DNA of 36,333 nt from Candidatus Hodarchaeum mangrovi (GTDB taxonomy: Archaea > Asgardarchaeota > Heimdallarchaeia > Hodarchaeales > Hodarchaeaceae): the NCBI GenBank assembly GCA_016839515.1, contig JAEOUE010000275.1, positions 1 to 36,333 on the forward strand. The letters are read 5' to 3'. Shown here piece by piece: positions 1 to 9,762 of this stretch; within the stretch, counting starts at the first letter, position 1; the number at the start of each line of letters is the position of its first letter. The position numbers and the translations under genes were made by a program. A model generated the notes under the pieces. The model saw nothing but the letters and a program-made list of their open reading frames with translations. It was not told the DNA's origin and did not search any database.

Positions 1-915
1 TAACCGTTTCCAAGAATCTTCAATTGCTAGAGTACGCTGCTTCGTTGCGCCTTCTCATATCTCCTGCGGAGGACTGATCATTTCTACAATATTCGATATT
101 ATCATTGAATCAGGAAAATTTATTTTAAAGGATAAAATACCTTCACGATCCCCCCTAATCATTGCTAGTAATCTGTGAGGTGGAGTTAGTAAAACATTCT
201 CTTCATAAGCAAAATATTGTTCGTATTTTTTCCCTTCAATCACTTTTGGAGAATTGGGATCCTCTTCCACTTCTAATTGATAAAGGATGGATTGTTGCGT
301 TTTAAAAGAAGCTATAGGATAAAATTTCTCTTTAATTAAATCTCGAATTTCAATTGATAAAGAGAGATCTTCAGCTATAATATCACGAGCACCTGAAAGA
401 CATGTTTCTATACTTTCTAATTTATTTTCTACATTCACAAAATCTTTTGCTATACTCTCTAAGGTATATCCTTCTAAACCTTTTTGATATTGAATTTTGT
501 CAGCCAATGGCTCCAATCCAAACTCACGTGCTATTTGGCCTCTAGTCTTTTTTTTCTGTTTATATGGTTTATAGATCTCATTCAATTCACCCATTGACTC
601 TGCTGAATCTATACTTTTTTCTAATCCCTCCGTTAATTTTCCTTGAGACCTTATATTCTCAATTATTCGTTGTTTTTCATGCTCTAGCAAATTTTTTTCT
701 TTATAAATCTGATCTATTGATCTTATTTGAACTTCATCAAGAGAATTTGTCATCTCTTTGCGGTAACGAGCAATAAAGGGTACAGTATTTCCCTCTTCGA
801 GTAAAACTAAGGTATTTTCTACTTGATTAATAGTGATTTTAAGGTCAAAGGCAATTGAATTGATAATTTCTAATTTTATCTCATCTGAATTCGGAAAAAC
901 AGCCATAAGATCCAT
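1..915 (-). CDS. tex: Tex family RNA-binding transcription accessory protein, 5' part (runs off the window edge), interrupted by an in-frame TGA at 55-57
   Basis: N-terminal Tex motif LLEEGNTVPFIARYRKEMT, plus YKPYKQKKKTRGQIAREFGLEPLA and HRLLAMIRG. Reading past the TGA in the same frame gives EGATKQRTLAIEDSWKRL, which matches the conserved Tex AIEDxxKRL segment. Confidence 0.92.
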
Positions 916-1123
916 CCACTTTTGATTATTAATTGAAAAAGAGCTTTTGAATCGTAATACAAGTTATAAATATTGTCTAAATAAAAACAAAATATATACG
1001 AGACGAAAGTCTAAAGCTATAAAGTATTTGAAGGATTTATCAGAGATTTTAAATCCTATTTGTTTTGAAGAAACATAATATAATTAACTCATATAAATTA
1101 ATTATTTAGATGGTTCTTTTGAT

Positions 1124-1759
1124 ATGATAATTGGTTTAATTCTTGCTGCTGGAGAATCATTACGATTCAAACAGAATAAACTTTTTGCTGAAATTAAACC
1201 TCCAAAAAGAGTGATTGATTACCTGATAGACCATTCCAATAGATCTAATTTAGATAATATTGTATTTGTTTTAGGGTATTCGCCTGAACTGATAATCAAT
1301 GAGATAAAAAACTTTAAATCCCCAAAAATTAACTTTATAATAAATAATGAATATAAAAAAGGAGGAATGACATCCTCGATTAAAACAGGATTTAAATTCA
1401 TAATAAATAATTATAGCGATGTAGATGCCGTTCTAATCACTCCTGCTGATATCCCTTTTATAACCCCTAATATCTGGAACAAAATAATCAAAATTTTTTA
1501 CCTAAATAATCAACAAACTAAAATTATAATTCCAACATATATGGGGAAGAAAGGACATCCTATTTTGCTTTCGAAAGAACTTTTTTCTTCGGTTCAAAGT
1601 CTATCTGAAAAATCTCATGGCTTAAAAGCCATTATCTCAAGATATTGGGAAGAAATCCTATTTTTGGAAATGTCTCATCCAGGAATTCTTTTTGATATTG
1701 ACTATCCAAAAGATTTGGAACTAGTAAAACACAATGTACATAAATTTGTCGACTCTTAA
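1124..1759 (+). CDS. mocA: Molybdenum cofactor cytidylyltransferase (MocA/YgfJ-like NTP transferase)
   Basis: LILAAGESLRF..NKL, GMTSSIKTG, ADIPFI, GKKGHPIL and DIDYPKD motifs. Lies next to xanthine-oxidase-family genes, which use MCD. Confidence 0.85.
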   Translation: MIIGLILAAGESLRFKQNKLFAEIKPPKRVIDYLIDHSNRSNLDNIVFVLGYSPELIINEIKNFKSPKINFIINNEYKKGGMTSSIKTGFKFIINNYSDVDAVLITPADIPFITPNIWNKIIKIFYLNNQQTKIIIPTYMGKKGHPILLSKELFSSVQSLSEKSHGLKAIISRYWEEILFLEMSHPGILFDIDYPKDLELVKHNVHKFVDS

Positions 1760-1891
1760 TATGCATAAAATCTCCATTTCCCTTCAGAAGGATTTTCAAT
1801 AATGATATTTAGTTATGGAAACCGCCTTAATATAAAAAGGGGTTGGAAGGAAAATAAACTTTATTTGGGATAAATAACTTCGACTGATAGC

Positions 1892-2134
1892 ATGATTACA
1901 ATAGTTATAGAATTAGTTGCTACCTTAAGAAATCCGTTTCCTTCGAAAAAAAGAGTAAATACTGTCGAAATAGCTGATCAACTTGATCTTAGGCAATTAA
2001 TAGAGTTCATTGGATTTCAAAAAGAAGATATTGAACATATGGTTGCTATTGTAAACGGTGTTCGGGTACTGAATGACTATATTCTCAAAGATGGTGATCA
2101 TGTTTTCCTAACTCTCCCTATTGGCGGAGGATAA
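1892..2134 (+). CDS. MoaD/ThiS/SAMP family ubiquitin-like sulfur carrier
   Basis: 80 aa beta-grasp pattern (VNG...LKDGD.V...PIGGG) with a C-terminal diglycine. Confidence 0.88.
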   Translation: MITIVIELVATLRNPFPSKKRVNTVEIADQLDLRQLIEFIGFQKEDIEHMVAIVNGVRVLNDYILKDGDHVFLTLPIGGG

Positions 2135-2140
2135 CTAAAA

Positions 2141-2974
2141 ATGTCTAAAATTACAAAATGGATCTATCCAACTACAATAGATGAAGCACTAATCCTCCTA
2201 TCTGAGAATGATACAGAAATAATTGCAGGAGGAACACATATTGCAACACAGAAACATAAATCTCCAATTAAAATGGTTGATATTACCAGAATTCCGCTAA
2301 ATTATATTAAAAAAGAGAAAAATTCTCTTAGAATTGGAAGTACGACCACTATCACTGAAATAATTGAATCTCCACTCTGTCTAGAAGTTGGTAAAGGAAT
2401 ACTAACAAAAGCTTGTCAATTAATTGCTGATACCCCTCTAAGAAATAAAATCACTCTTGGAGGAAATATTGCTAGAAAAATACCATGGGTAGGACTTCCA
2501 GTTGTACTCCTTGTTTTAGATGCGGAAATAATGGTTATTGAAAAAGGAAAAGAGGAGAAAAGGATATCTGCAAGAAACTTTTTTGAAATGAAAAAACTTC
2601 AAAGAGGTAAATTGATAAAAGAAGTAATTTTCCCTATAAATTCAGCTTTATTTACTCGTTATGAAAAATTTTGTTTAACGAAAGCTGATTACGCATGGCT
2701 TACCCTTGCATTCTCATCAAATATTGAACTAGGGATTATTAAAGATGTAAAATTTGCAGTGTCAAGGATCACTAATATTCAACGTATAACTTCAGTTGAA
2801 GAAGCACTAATAGGTAAAAAAGTAAATACAATAGATACGCAGCAACTTATTAACTTATTAAGGGCAAATTTATCGATTGTAGCAGATTTTCGTTCCTCAA
2901 AAGAATATCGTACAACAATTTTGGAAGTATTTCTAAAACGATTCATTAATGAAATGAAGGAGGAAACTACTTGA
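2141..2974 (+). CDS. Molybdenum hydroxylase FAD-binding (medium) subunit, YgfM/CoxM-like
   Basis: PTTIDEAL, IAGGT, RNKITLGGNI and DFRSSKEYR motifs. TTGA overlap with the next gene. Confidence 0.9.
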   Translation: MSKITKWIYPTTIDEALILLSENDTEIIAGGTHIATQKHKSPIKMVDITRIPLNYIKKEKNSLRIGSTTTITEIIESPLCLEVGKGILTKACQLIADTPLRNKITLGGNIARKIPWVGLPVVLLVLDAEIMVIEKGKEEKRISARNFFEMKKLQRGKLIKEVIFPINSALFTRYEKFCLTKADYAWLTLAFSSNIELGIIKDVKFAVSRITNIQRITSVEEALIGKKVNTIDTQQLINLLRANLSIVADFRSSKEYRTTILEVFLKRFINEMKEETT

Positions 2975-3447
2975 AACATCAAATAAATGTAACAATTAAT
3001 GGAGAGAGGAAAACACTCCAAATTTACCTCTCCGAAACTTTACTTGATGTACTCAGAAGGGAAGGATATAAAGGTGTAAAATTTGGTTGTAATGAAGGGA
3101 CATGTGGTGCATGTACTGTTATACTCAACGGGAGAGCAGTAAAATCTTGTATTATTCTGGCTGCACAAGCTCATGAAGGGAAAATTATAACCATTGAAGG
3201 AATTGGAACACGAGAAAAACCACACCCTGTTCAAATAACATTTGTTGAGGAGAATGTGGTTCAATGTGGCTATTGTATCCCTGGAATGATACTTTCTGCA
3301 AAAGCCTTACTTGATAAAAACCCAAATCCGACCCGAGATGAAATTAAATCTGCTCTTGATGGTAATTTATGTCGATGCACTGGGTATCGTGGACAAATTG
3401 AAGCAGTTTTAAAAGCAGCTGAAATAATTCGTGGTGAAAAGAAATGA
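2971..3447 (+). CDS. Molybdenum hydroxylase 2x[2Fe-2S] (small) subunit, CoxS-like
   Basis: GCNEGTCGACTV, QCGYCIPG and GNLCRCTGY. TTG start preceded by AGGAGG. Confidence 0.95.
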   Translation: MKHQINVTINGERKTLQIYLSETLLDVLRREGYKGVKFGCNEGTCGACTVILNGRAVKSCIILAAQAHEGKIITIEGIGTREKPHPVQITFVEENVVQCGYCIPGMILSAKALLDKNPNPTRDEIKSALDGNLCRCTGYRGQIEAVLKAAEIIRGEKK

Positions 3448-5774
3448 CTCGGCAATTTAAAGTTGTAACAAAAAGTATTCCAAAGATTGATGCTCTTAGT
3501 TTAGCCTTGGGTAAACCCTTATACACCGATGATCAAGACTTCCGAAACTTAGTCCATGTCAGGTGTTTATATAGTCCTCATGCGCATGCACGGATTTTAT
3601 CAATAGATACAAGTGAAGCAGAAAAATTACCTGGAGTATTTGACATATTAACCTACAAAAATGCTTCTCAAGTCCTTCATACGACTGCTGGACAAGGATA
3701 TCCCGAACCTTCAGTATATGATACTCGAATATTCAATAAAAAGGTGAAATATGTCGGTGATAGGGTTGCAGCTGTAGCAGCGGAAACAAATAAGATTGCT
3801 GAAAAAGCTGTTTCCCTTATTAATGTCAAGTATGAAGTTTTAGAGCCAATATTTAATTGGGATGAATCCTATGAAAATAAGATTGTAATCCATGATGAAG
3901 GGGAAGCAATGTATATTATTCCAGTTGAATATAATGCAAGTAAAAACCTTGTAGCCTCATTAGATGTCGAATGCGGTGATATAGAAAAAGGATTTGCAGA
4001 AGCAGATCACATTATTGAACGAATTACACGAAATCATTATGGTCAACATTGCCCACTTGAACCACATATTTCTATTGCATATTTAGATGAGTATGACAGA
4101 TTAACAATCAGAACTGCCACTCAAGTACCGTTCCATGCAAGAAGGATTATCTCTTCTGTTTTAAAAATTCCTTTAAAACGCGTCCGAGTGATTAAACCTA
4201 GGATTGGTGGTGGATTCGGAACAAAACAAGAAGTGATAACTGAACTAATTACTGGAGCTTTTGCTCTTAGATTGAAACGACCAGTCAAATTTGAAATGAC
4301 ACGTGAAGAAGAGTTTGTTTCTGCTCGAACACGACATCCCATGACTATAAAGTTTAAGGCTGGTGTAAAAAATAACGGTACTATTACTGCGATGGATATG
4401 CAAGTCGTAAGTAATACAGGTGCTTATGGATCTCATGGTTTAACTGTAATGAGCAATACTGGTAGTAAATCTCTTCCCCTCTATCATTGCAATAATATCC
4501 GATTTGTTGGAAATACGGTCTATACAAATTTACCAGTAGCAGGTGCTTATCGAGGATATGGAGGAACTCAGTCAGCATTCGCAATGGAAATAATGATGGA
4601 TGAATTAGCCCACTGTATAAAGATGGATCCAGCAAAATTCCGTCTGATGAATCATATTAAGGAGGGAGAAACATCTCCTATCTTTAAAGCTCTTGGAGAA
4701 GGAACTGAAGGGCACGAACAAATTATGGAATCTGTTGGTTTAACAGAATGCATTGAAAAGGGAGCCGAATGGATTAATTGGTGGAATCGCGAAGAAATAA
4801 AAAAGAAACATAGTACAAATACTAAAAAGCGGGGTTTTGGGATGGTAACTCTAATGCAAGGATCATCTATTCCATATATTGATATGGCTGGAAGCTATGC
4901 AAAACTAAATGATGATGGATCCTTCAATCTTTTTGTAGGAGCAACTGATATTGGGACTGGGAGTGATACAATTCTTTCACAAATATTTGCTGAAGAATTA
5001 TCAATAGATATATCAGATGTCATTATTTTGTCTTCAGATACTGATATAACACCATTTGACAAAGGAGCATATGCAAGTAGTACTACTTACCTTTCTGGCC
5101 AAGCAGTTCTTAACTTAGCTAAGAAAATAAAAGCTCAAATATTGGAATATGCTGAAAAACTCCTAAATCTTCCTCGGGAAGAATTATACTTAGATAATAG
5201 GCAAGTTAAGCATAAAAATACTAATGTATCAATTTCCCTAGCTGAAATTGGTACAAAATCGTTCTATTCATCAAACCAGCGACAAATTGGAGCTGTAGCT
5301 TCTGAATTGTCTAAAAAATCTCCACCGCCCTTTGCTGCACATTTTGCTGAGATCGATGTTGATATAGAGACTGGTCAGGTCAAAGTGATACGTTACGTTG
5401 TAGGAGTGGACGCTGGAACTCCAATTAACCCCAAATTGGTTATTGGGCAGACAGAAGGTGCCCTAGTAAATGGTCTTAGTTATGCTCTTTATGAACAGTA
5501 TATCTTTAATGAAAAAGGAAAAATGCTTAATCCATCATTTGGAAATTATAAAATTTTGTCTCCAATTGATTTACCAGAAATAAAAACCATTATTATACAA
5601 ACTTATGAACCTTCTGGACCTTTTGGCGCAAAATCCGTTGCTGAAGTTAATATAAACGGACCATTACCCTGCATCTCGAACGCTATTTATGATGCCATTG
5701 GAATACGAATTACTGAATCACCTTACACACCAGATAGAGTACTAACGGAAATTAAACGTCAAAAGGTGTCTTAG
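3444..5774 (+). CDS. Molybdenum hydroxylase Moco-binding (large) subunit, XdhD/YgfN-like
   Basis: SPHAHARI, TTAGQGYPEPSVYD (recalls the XdhD-like subfamily), GGGFGTKQ, AYRGYGGTQ and GAKSVAE with the catalytic Glu. ATGA overlap with the upstream gene. Confidence 0.92.
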   Translation: MTRQFKVVTKSIPKIDALSLALGKPLYTDDQDFRNLVHVRCLYSPHAHARILSIDTSEAEKLPGVFDILTYKNASQVLHTTAGQGYPEPSVYDTRIFNKKVKYVGDRVAAVAAETNKIAEKAVSLINVKYEVLEPIFNWDESYENKIVIHDEGEAMYIIPVEYNASKNLVASLDVECGDIEKGFAEADHIIERITRNHYGQHCPLEPHISIAYLDEYDRLTIRTATQVPFHARRIISSVLKIPLKRVRVIKPRIGGGFGTKQEVITELITGAFALRLKRPVKFEMTREEEFVSARTRHPMTIKFKAGVKNNGTITAMDMQVVSNTGAYGSHGLTVMSNTGSKSLPLYHCNNIRFVGNTVYTNLPVAGAYRGYGGTQSAFAMEIMMDELAHCIKMDPAKFRLMNHIKEGETSPIFKALGEGTEGHEQIMESVGLTECIEKGAEWINWWNREEIKKKHSTNTKKRGFGMVTLMQGSSIPYIDMAGSYAKLNDDGSFNLFVGATDIGTGSDTILSQIFAEELSIDISDVIILSSDTDITPFDKGAYASSTTYLSGQAVLNLAKKIKAQILEYAEKLLNLPREELYLDNRQVKHKNTNVSISLAEIGTKSFYSSNQRQIGAVASELSKKSPPPFAAHFAEIDVDIETGQVKVIRYVVGVDAGTPINPKLVIGQTEGALVNGLSYALYEQYIFNEKGKMLNPSFGNYKILSPIDLPEIKTIIIQTYEPSGPFGAKSVAEVNINGPLPCISNAIYDAIGIRITESPYTPDRVLTEIKRQKVS

Positions 5775-5778
5775 ATTA

Positions 5779-7608
5779 ATGATTCTGACCTTGGAATTTA
5801 ATATTTATGCACTTTTGATGGGTGCAGTTTCACTCCTCTCTATTTATTTGCTAATTTATACCCTTCTCTTCCGCCAACGAACGCAATTGAATATTGTTTT
5901 TGCGTTAATGATATCAAGTTGTGTCATATGGTGTACTGGATATACACTAGATATTGCTGCAATAGATTTTGACTTTATGCTTTTACTCATCAAATTTCAA
6001 TACATAGGTATAGCTACCTTACCACCATTGTTCCTAATTTTTGTTCTTATATTTACAAAACGAGAAAATCTTGCCTTAAAGCCCCTCTTATTATTAATTT
6101 TCCTTCCATCTTTAATTCACTATCTTCTCATGATTACAACAGGAGAACATAAGTTATTTTATAGCGAGATCCAGCTAAATACAGATCCACCATTTAATAA
6201 TCTCATGTTAACATATGGACCAGCCTTTTATAGTCATACTGTTTATTCGTATATCTTAATCATTTCAGGAATAATTCTCTTGATGTTATCATTTCTAAAA
6301 GAACGAAAAAATCCTATTAAAAATATCCTTTATGAAAAGCAGTTATTTATAATGGTTATTGGAAGCTTTCCTCCAATTTTAGGAAATATCATCAGGATAT
6401 CAGGCATATTCCCTCAACTTCAATTTTTTGATTTAACACCAATCGCGTTTAGTATTACTTTTGTCCTTTTTACATATGCCATTATTGAAACAGGATTCCT
6501 TGATATAGTTCCAATTGCTCGTCATAGAGTAGTAGACGAGATTTTAGATGGACTAATTATAACTGATTTACAAAAAAGAGTAGTTGACCTTAATGTTTCA
6601 GCAAATCGGATTTTTGGCTTAGATAGAAACGATTTAGCTAGCTTTTACGGTAGAAATGTCTTTGCTGCACTTAAAAATTATATTCCTGGAAAAAAATCGG
6701 TAGAAAAATTAATTGAATTGGAGGAGGGTGCTAATAAAATCATTTCAGGTATAATAAGTGAATATGCTTCTGAAATAGAACTACCAAAAAAGCATGGAAG
6801 AAGAACTACTGAATATTTCGAAATTAACCTTTCACCTCTTCGAAAAGAGGTTGGTTCATCTCTACTTGGTATTGTTCTGAATATTAGAAACATTACCGAT
6901 AGGAAAATTGCAGAGAATAATCTAAAAGATAGAAATAAAATGCATGAACTTGTTTTGAAATTACTTTCTCATGATCTTAGAGGCCATCTTTTTACCCTTC
7001 AAGGTTATGCTGAAATTGCTAAAGAAACTCAGAATATTGAGGAAATCAATGAAAGTTTTACAGCCATCGAGGCAAAGGGAAAGGCAATCTTAACTTTAAT
7101 TGATGAAGTTACTATTTATTTAAAATCTTTAAATCAATTAAAGACCCAACAATATGAAAAATATGATTTATTGGAAATTATTGCTGAGATAATTAAACAA
7201 ATCAAAACAGAGATTGAATCTAAAAACCTCTTAATAGAGTATTTATACCCTCCTAATTTAGAAATGAATATTTTAGCTAATTTAACCATAAAGAGTGCTA
7301 TTTGGAATCTTTTACAAAATGCAGTCAAGTATTCACCAGATAATGGGAAAATAAAAATCCTTTGTGAAGATCATCAAACTGAATGGAAGGTCATAATTGA
7401 GGATGCTGGTTCAGGAATTCCCAAAGAATTAAGGAATAAAGTTTTTGAACCATTTGCAGCATTTGGATCAAAAGCAGGAATAGGATTAGGTCTTACAATA
7501 GTTTGGGAAACTATTACAAATTTTTCTGGTCAAATATGGATCGAAGACGCTATTCCTAAAGGAACTAAATTTATTTTTACTCTACCTAAATATTTAGAAT
7601 CATATTAA
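5779..7608 (+). CDS. Sensor histidine kinase: N-terminal 7TM (HisKA_7TM-like) + PAS + HisKA + HATPase_c
   Basis: About 7 hydrophobic segments, PAS (DGLIITDLQKRVVDLN...RNITDRK), H-box LSHDLRG, N-box NLLQNAVKYS, G1 EDAGSGIP, F-box FEPF and G2 GIGLGL. Confidence 0.93.
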   Translation: MILTLEFNIYALLMGAVSLLSIYLLIYTLLFRQRTQLNIVFALMISSCVIWCTGYTLDIAAIDFDFMLLLIKFQYIGIATLPPLFLIFVLIFTKRENLALKPLLLLIFLPSLIHYLLMITTGEHKLFYSEIQLNTDPPFNNLMLTYGPAFYSHTVYSYILIISGIILLMLSFLKERKNPIKNILYEKQLFIMVIGSFPPILGNIIRISGIFPQLQFFDLTPIAFSITFVLFTYAIIETGFLDIVPIARHRVVDEILDGLIITDLQKRVVDLNVSANRIFGLDRNDLASFYGRNVFAALKNYIPGKKSVEKLIELEEGANKIISGIISEYASEIELPKKHGRRTTEYFEINLSPLRKEVGSSLLGIVLNIRNITDRKIAENNLKDRNKMHELVLKLLSHDLRGHLFTLQGYAEIAKETQNIEEINESFTAIEAKGKAILTLIDEVTIYLKSLNQLKTQQYEKYDLLEIIAEIIKQIKTEIESKNLLIEYLYPPNLEMNILANLTIKSAIWNLLQNAVKYSPDNGKIKILCEDHQTEWKVIIEDAGSGIPKELRNKVFEPFAAFGSKAGIGLGLTIVWETITNFSGQIWIEDAIPKGTKFIFTLPKYLESY

Positions 7609-7631
7609 CTCAATTACTATATAATAACCTT

Positions 7632-8498
7632 TTACGATCTAATTAACTTATCTAAAAACCTTCCCAGTAAAACACTTGTCATCGCTTGACGATATTCTTT
7701 ATTTGAACGAATATCAGTAATAGGAACACACTCAGTTTTGACTTTTGTTTTCGCTTCCATTATCAAATCAAAAGTAAGCTTTTCAGTCATAAGAAGCTTT
7801 TCTGTTTTTCTAGCTCGTATTATGGTCGGGGAAACCGCTCCTAAGCTAATACGAATGTCTTCAAGCCTTCTTTTTTCCTGATTAAACTGAGCTTCAATAG
7901 CTACAGAAACAACGACAATAGAAAGGGCGATTCTTTGTCGAATACTTGTATAATCCCCAATATAATTTGGTAGTTTAGGTATGATTAATTTAGTTACCAA
8001 AGCATTATTAGGTAACACAGTTTGACCAGGTCCAGTAATGAATTCTTCGATAGGAATAATTTTCTTGTTGTTAATGGTTTGAATCTGAATTTGAGCATCT
8101 CGAGCATAAAGAACAGGTAAACTATCAGCAGCAGGTGAAGCTCTACAAATATTGCCAATTATTGTCCCTAGATTTCTTATCTGAGGTGAACCAACATAAG
8201 CTACAGCTTTAACGAATGCTGGAAAATATTGCTTTATGATTAGACTTTCTAAAATTTGGGTATGAGTGGTTAAAGGTCCAATCTCGATGAATCCATCATT
8301 TTCGGTAATAAACTTTAATTCTTGAATTTGTGTAAGATTTAATAATCTTGGTGAAGCACCCCATTTTCCAAGCTTATTTCTTACCAATACTAAAACATCC
8401 GTACCCCCAGCTAATGGCTGAATTCCATCTTTAAACTTATTTTTTAGAGTTAATGCCTCCATTAAACTTTTAGGAGTTTCAATGTCGAGATTATACAC
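7632..8498 (-). CDS. Xanthine dehydrogenase family FAD-binding subunit (CoxM/XdhB-like)
   Basis: LAGGTD, GSPQIRNLGTIIGNI..ASPAAD and PITDIRSNKEYR. GTG start with AGGAGG upstream. Confidence 0.93.
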   Translation of the reverse strand: MYNLDIETPKSLMEALTLKNKFKDGIQPLAGGTDVLVLVRNKLGKWGASPRLLNLTQIQELKFITENDGFIEIGPLTTHTQILESLIIKQYFPAFVKAVAYVGSPQIRNLGTIIGNICRASPAADSLPVLYARDAQIQIQTINNKKIIPIEEFITGPGQTVLPNNALVTKLIIPKLPNYIGDYTSIRQRIALSIVVVSVAIEAQFNQEKRRLEDIRISLGAVSPTIIRARKTEKLLMTEKLTFDLIMEAKTKVKTECVPITDIRSNKEYRQAMTSVLLGRFLDKLIRS

Positions 8499-8500
8499 TT

Positions 8501-9301
8501 TTAATCCTCCTTATTTCGGACTAGTATTAATTCTGCTGCAATTGATATAGCAATTTCTTCAGGGGTTTGACTAACAATAGATAGACCGATTGGGGCATGA
8601 ATTTCATCTAGTCTCTGTTTTTGAACTCCTCTAGCTTCTAAACGAGAAAAGATTTCCTTAATTTTCCGTTTACTCCCGATCATTCCAATATATTTAGTTT
8701 TGTTAATCTCATCTTTCTTTTTTGTTAATAGATAATCAAGGATTTTTTCATCTAAATCATGTGAATAGGTTTGAATAATAATATAACAACCTTCTTCGAA
8801 AGTTAAACTGTCAATCACTTCAGGAATATTACCAGAAAAAGTCCGAACTGAATATTTTTTACCGATATTTTCAGCAATATAATCTTCACGATCATCAATG
8901 ATTACGATCGAAAATCCTAGATTATTGAGAAGTGGAATTAATTGCTGGGTTATATGACCTGCACCAAAAATATAGATATTTGTTGTTGCTCCAAAAACTT
9001 CAAAAAATAATTGCATTTCTCCTCCACAAAGCATCCCTGTTGCTTCTTCTCCAGTTTCTACTAACTCAAAGGTCTTTAAAAGTGGTTTTTTCTCTTTCAT
9101 TTGGTTTTTTGCCTGTTCCAAAGCTAAAGCTTCAATAGTTCCTCCCCCTATCGTACCCCATACCAATTTCCCATCAGCTGAAACAATCATTTTGGCTCCT
9201 ACTCTTTGAGGAGCTGATCCTTTTACATCAACTACCGTAACAAGACCAATAGATTTTCCTGATTCAATGTATTTTGTTATAGTTTGAATAAAACCTTTCA
9301 T
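8501..9301 (-). CDS. xdhC: XdhC/CoxI family Moco maturation/insertion chaperone
   Basis: GSAPQRVGAKM, GTIGGG.IE, GMLCGG, IFGAGH, YIGMIGS.RK and APIGL...TPEEIAISIAAE. Confidence 0.95.
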   Translation of the reverse strand: MKGFIQTITKYIESGKSIGLVTVVDVKGSAPQRVGAKMIVSADGKLVWGTIGGGTIEALALEQAKNQMKEKKPLLKTFELVETGEEATGMLCGGEMQLFFEVFGATTNIYIFGAGHITQQLIPLLNNLGFSIVIIDDREDYIAENIGKKYSVRTFSGNIPEVIDSLTFEEGCYIIIQTYSHDLDEKILDYLLTKKKDEINKTKYIGMIGSKRKIKEIFSRLEARGVQKQRLDEIHAPIGLSIVSQTPEEIAISIAAELILVRNKED

Positions 9302-9762
9302 TTACTGACTAACCTCCGTTGAGCAGCTCTTACAGCCTCATATATCTTTATGTATCCTGTGCATCTACATAATACACCACATAATCCTTCTTCAACTTCA
9401 TCTTGATCAGCTTTAGGATTTTTTATTAGCAAGGCAGTTGCTGCCATAATCATACCTGGAGTACATGCACCACATTGAGCAGCACCCTGTTCAGCGAATG
9501 TAGTCTGAAGTAACTGAAGAACTTGATCCTCTCCTTCAATTGTTAACACATCACTTTGAGGTGGTAATTGAGCCATTAGAATAATACAGGATGTCACTAT
9601 TTCTCCGTTTAGTATTACGCTACAGGCACCACACTCCCCTTGATCACATCCATATTTCGTACCTCTTAGTCCCAGATCTTCCCTTAAAAAATCTAATAAT
9701 CTTTGATTAGGTGGAACATCTTTCGAATATTTGATGCCATTAACTATTATCTCGATTTTCAC
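9298..9762 (-). CDS. Xanthine dehydrogenase family 2x[2Fe-2S] subunit
   Basis: GCDQGECGACSV, QCGACTPG and LCRCTGY. Start moved from the ORF-track 9801 to GTG at 9762 because AGGAGG lies just upstream and it abuts the upstream stop. Confidence 0.93.
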   Translation of the reverse strand: MKIEIIVNGIKYSKDVPPNQRLLDFLREDLGLRGTKYGCDQGECGACSVILNGEIVTSCIILMAQLPPQSDVLTIEGEDQVLQLLQTTFAEQGAAQCGACTPGMIMAATALLIKNPKADQDEVEEGLCGVLCRCTGYIKIYEAVRAAQRRLVSK

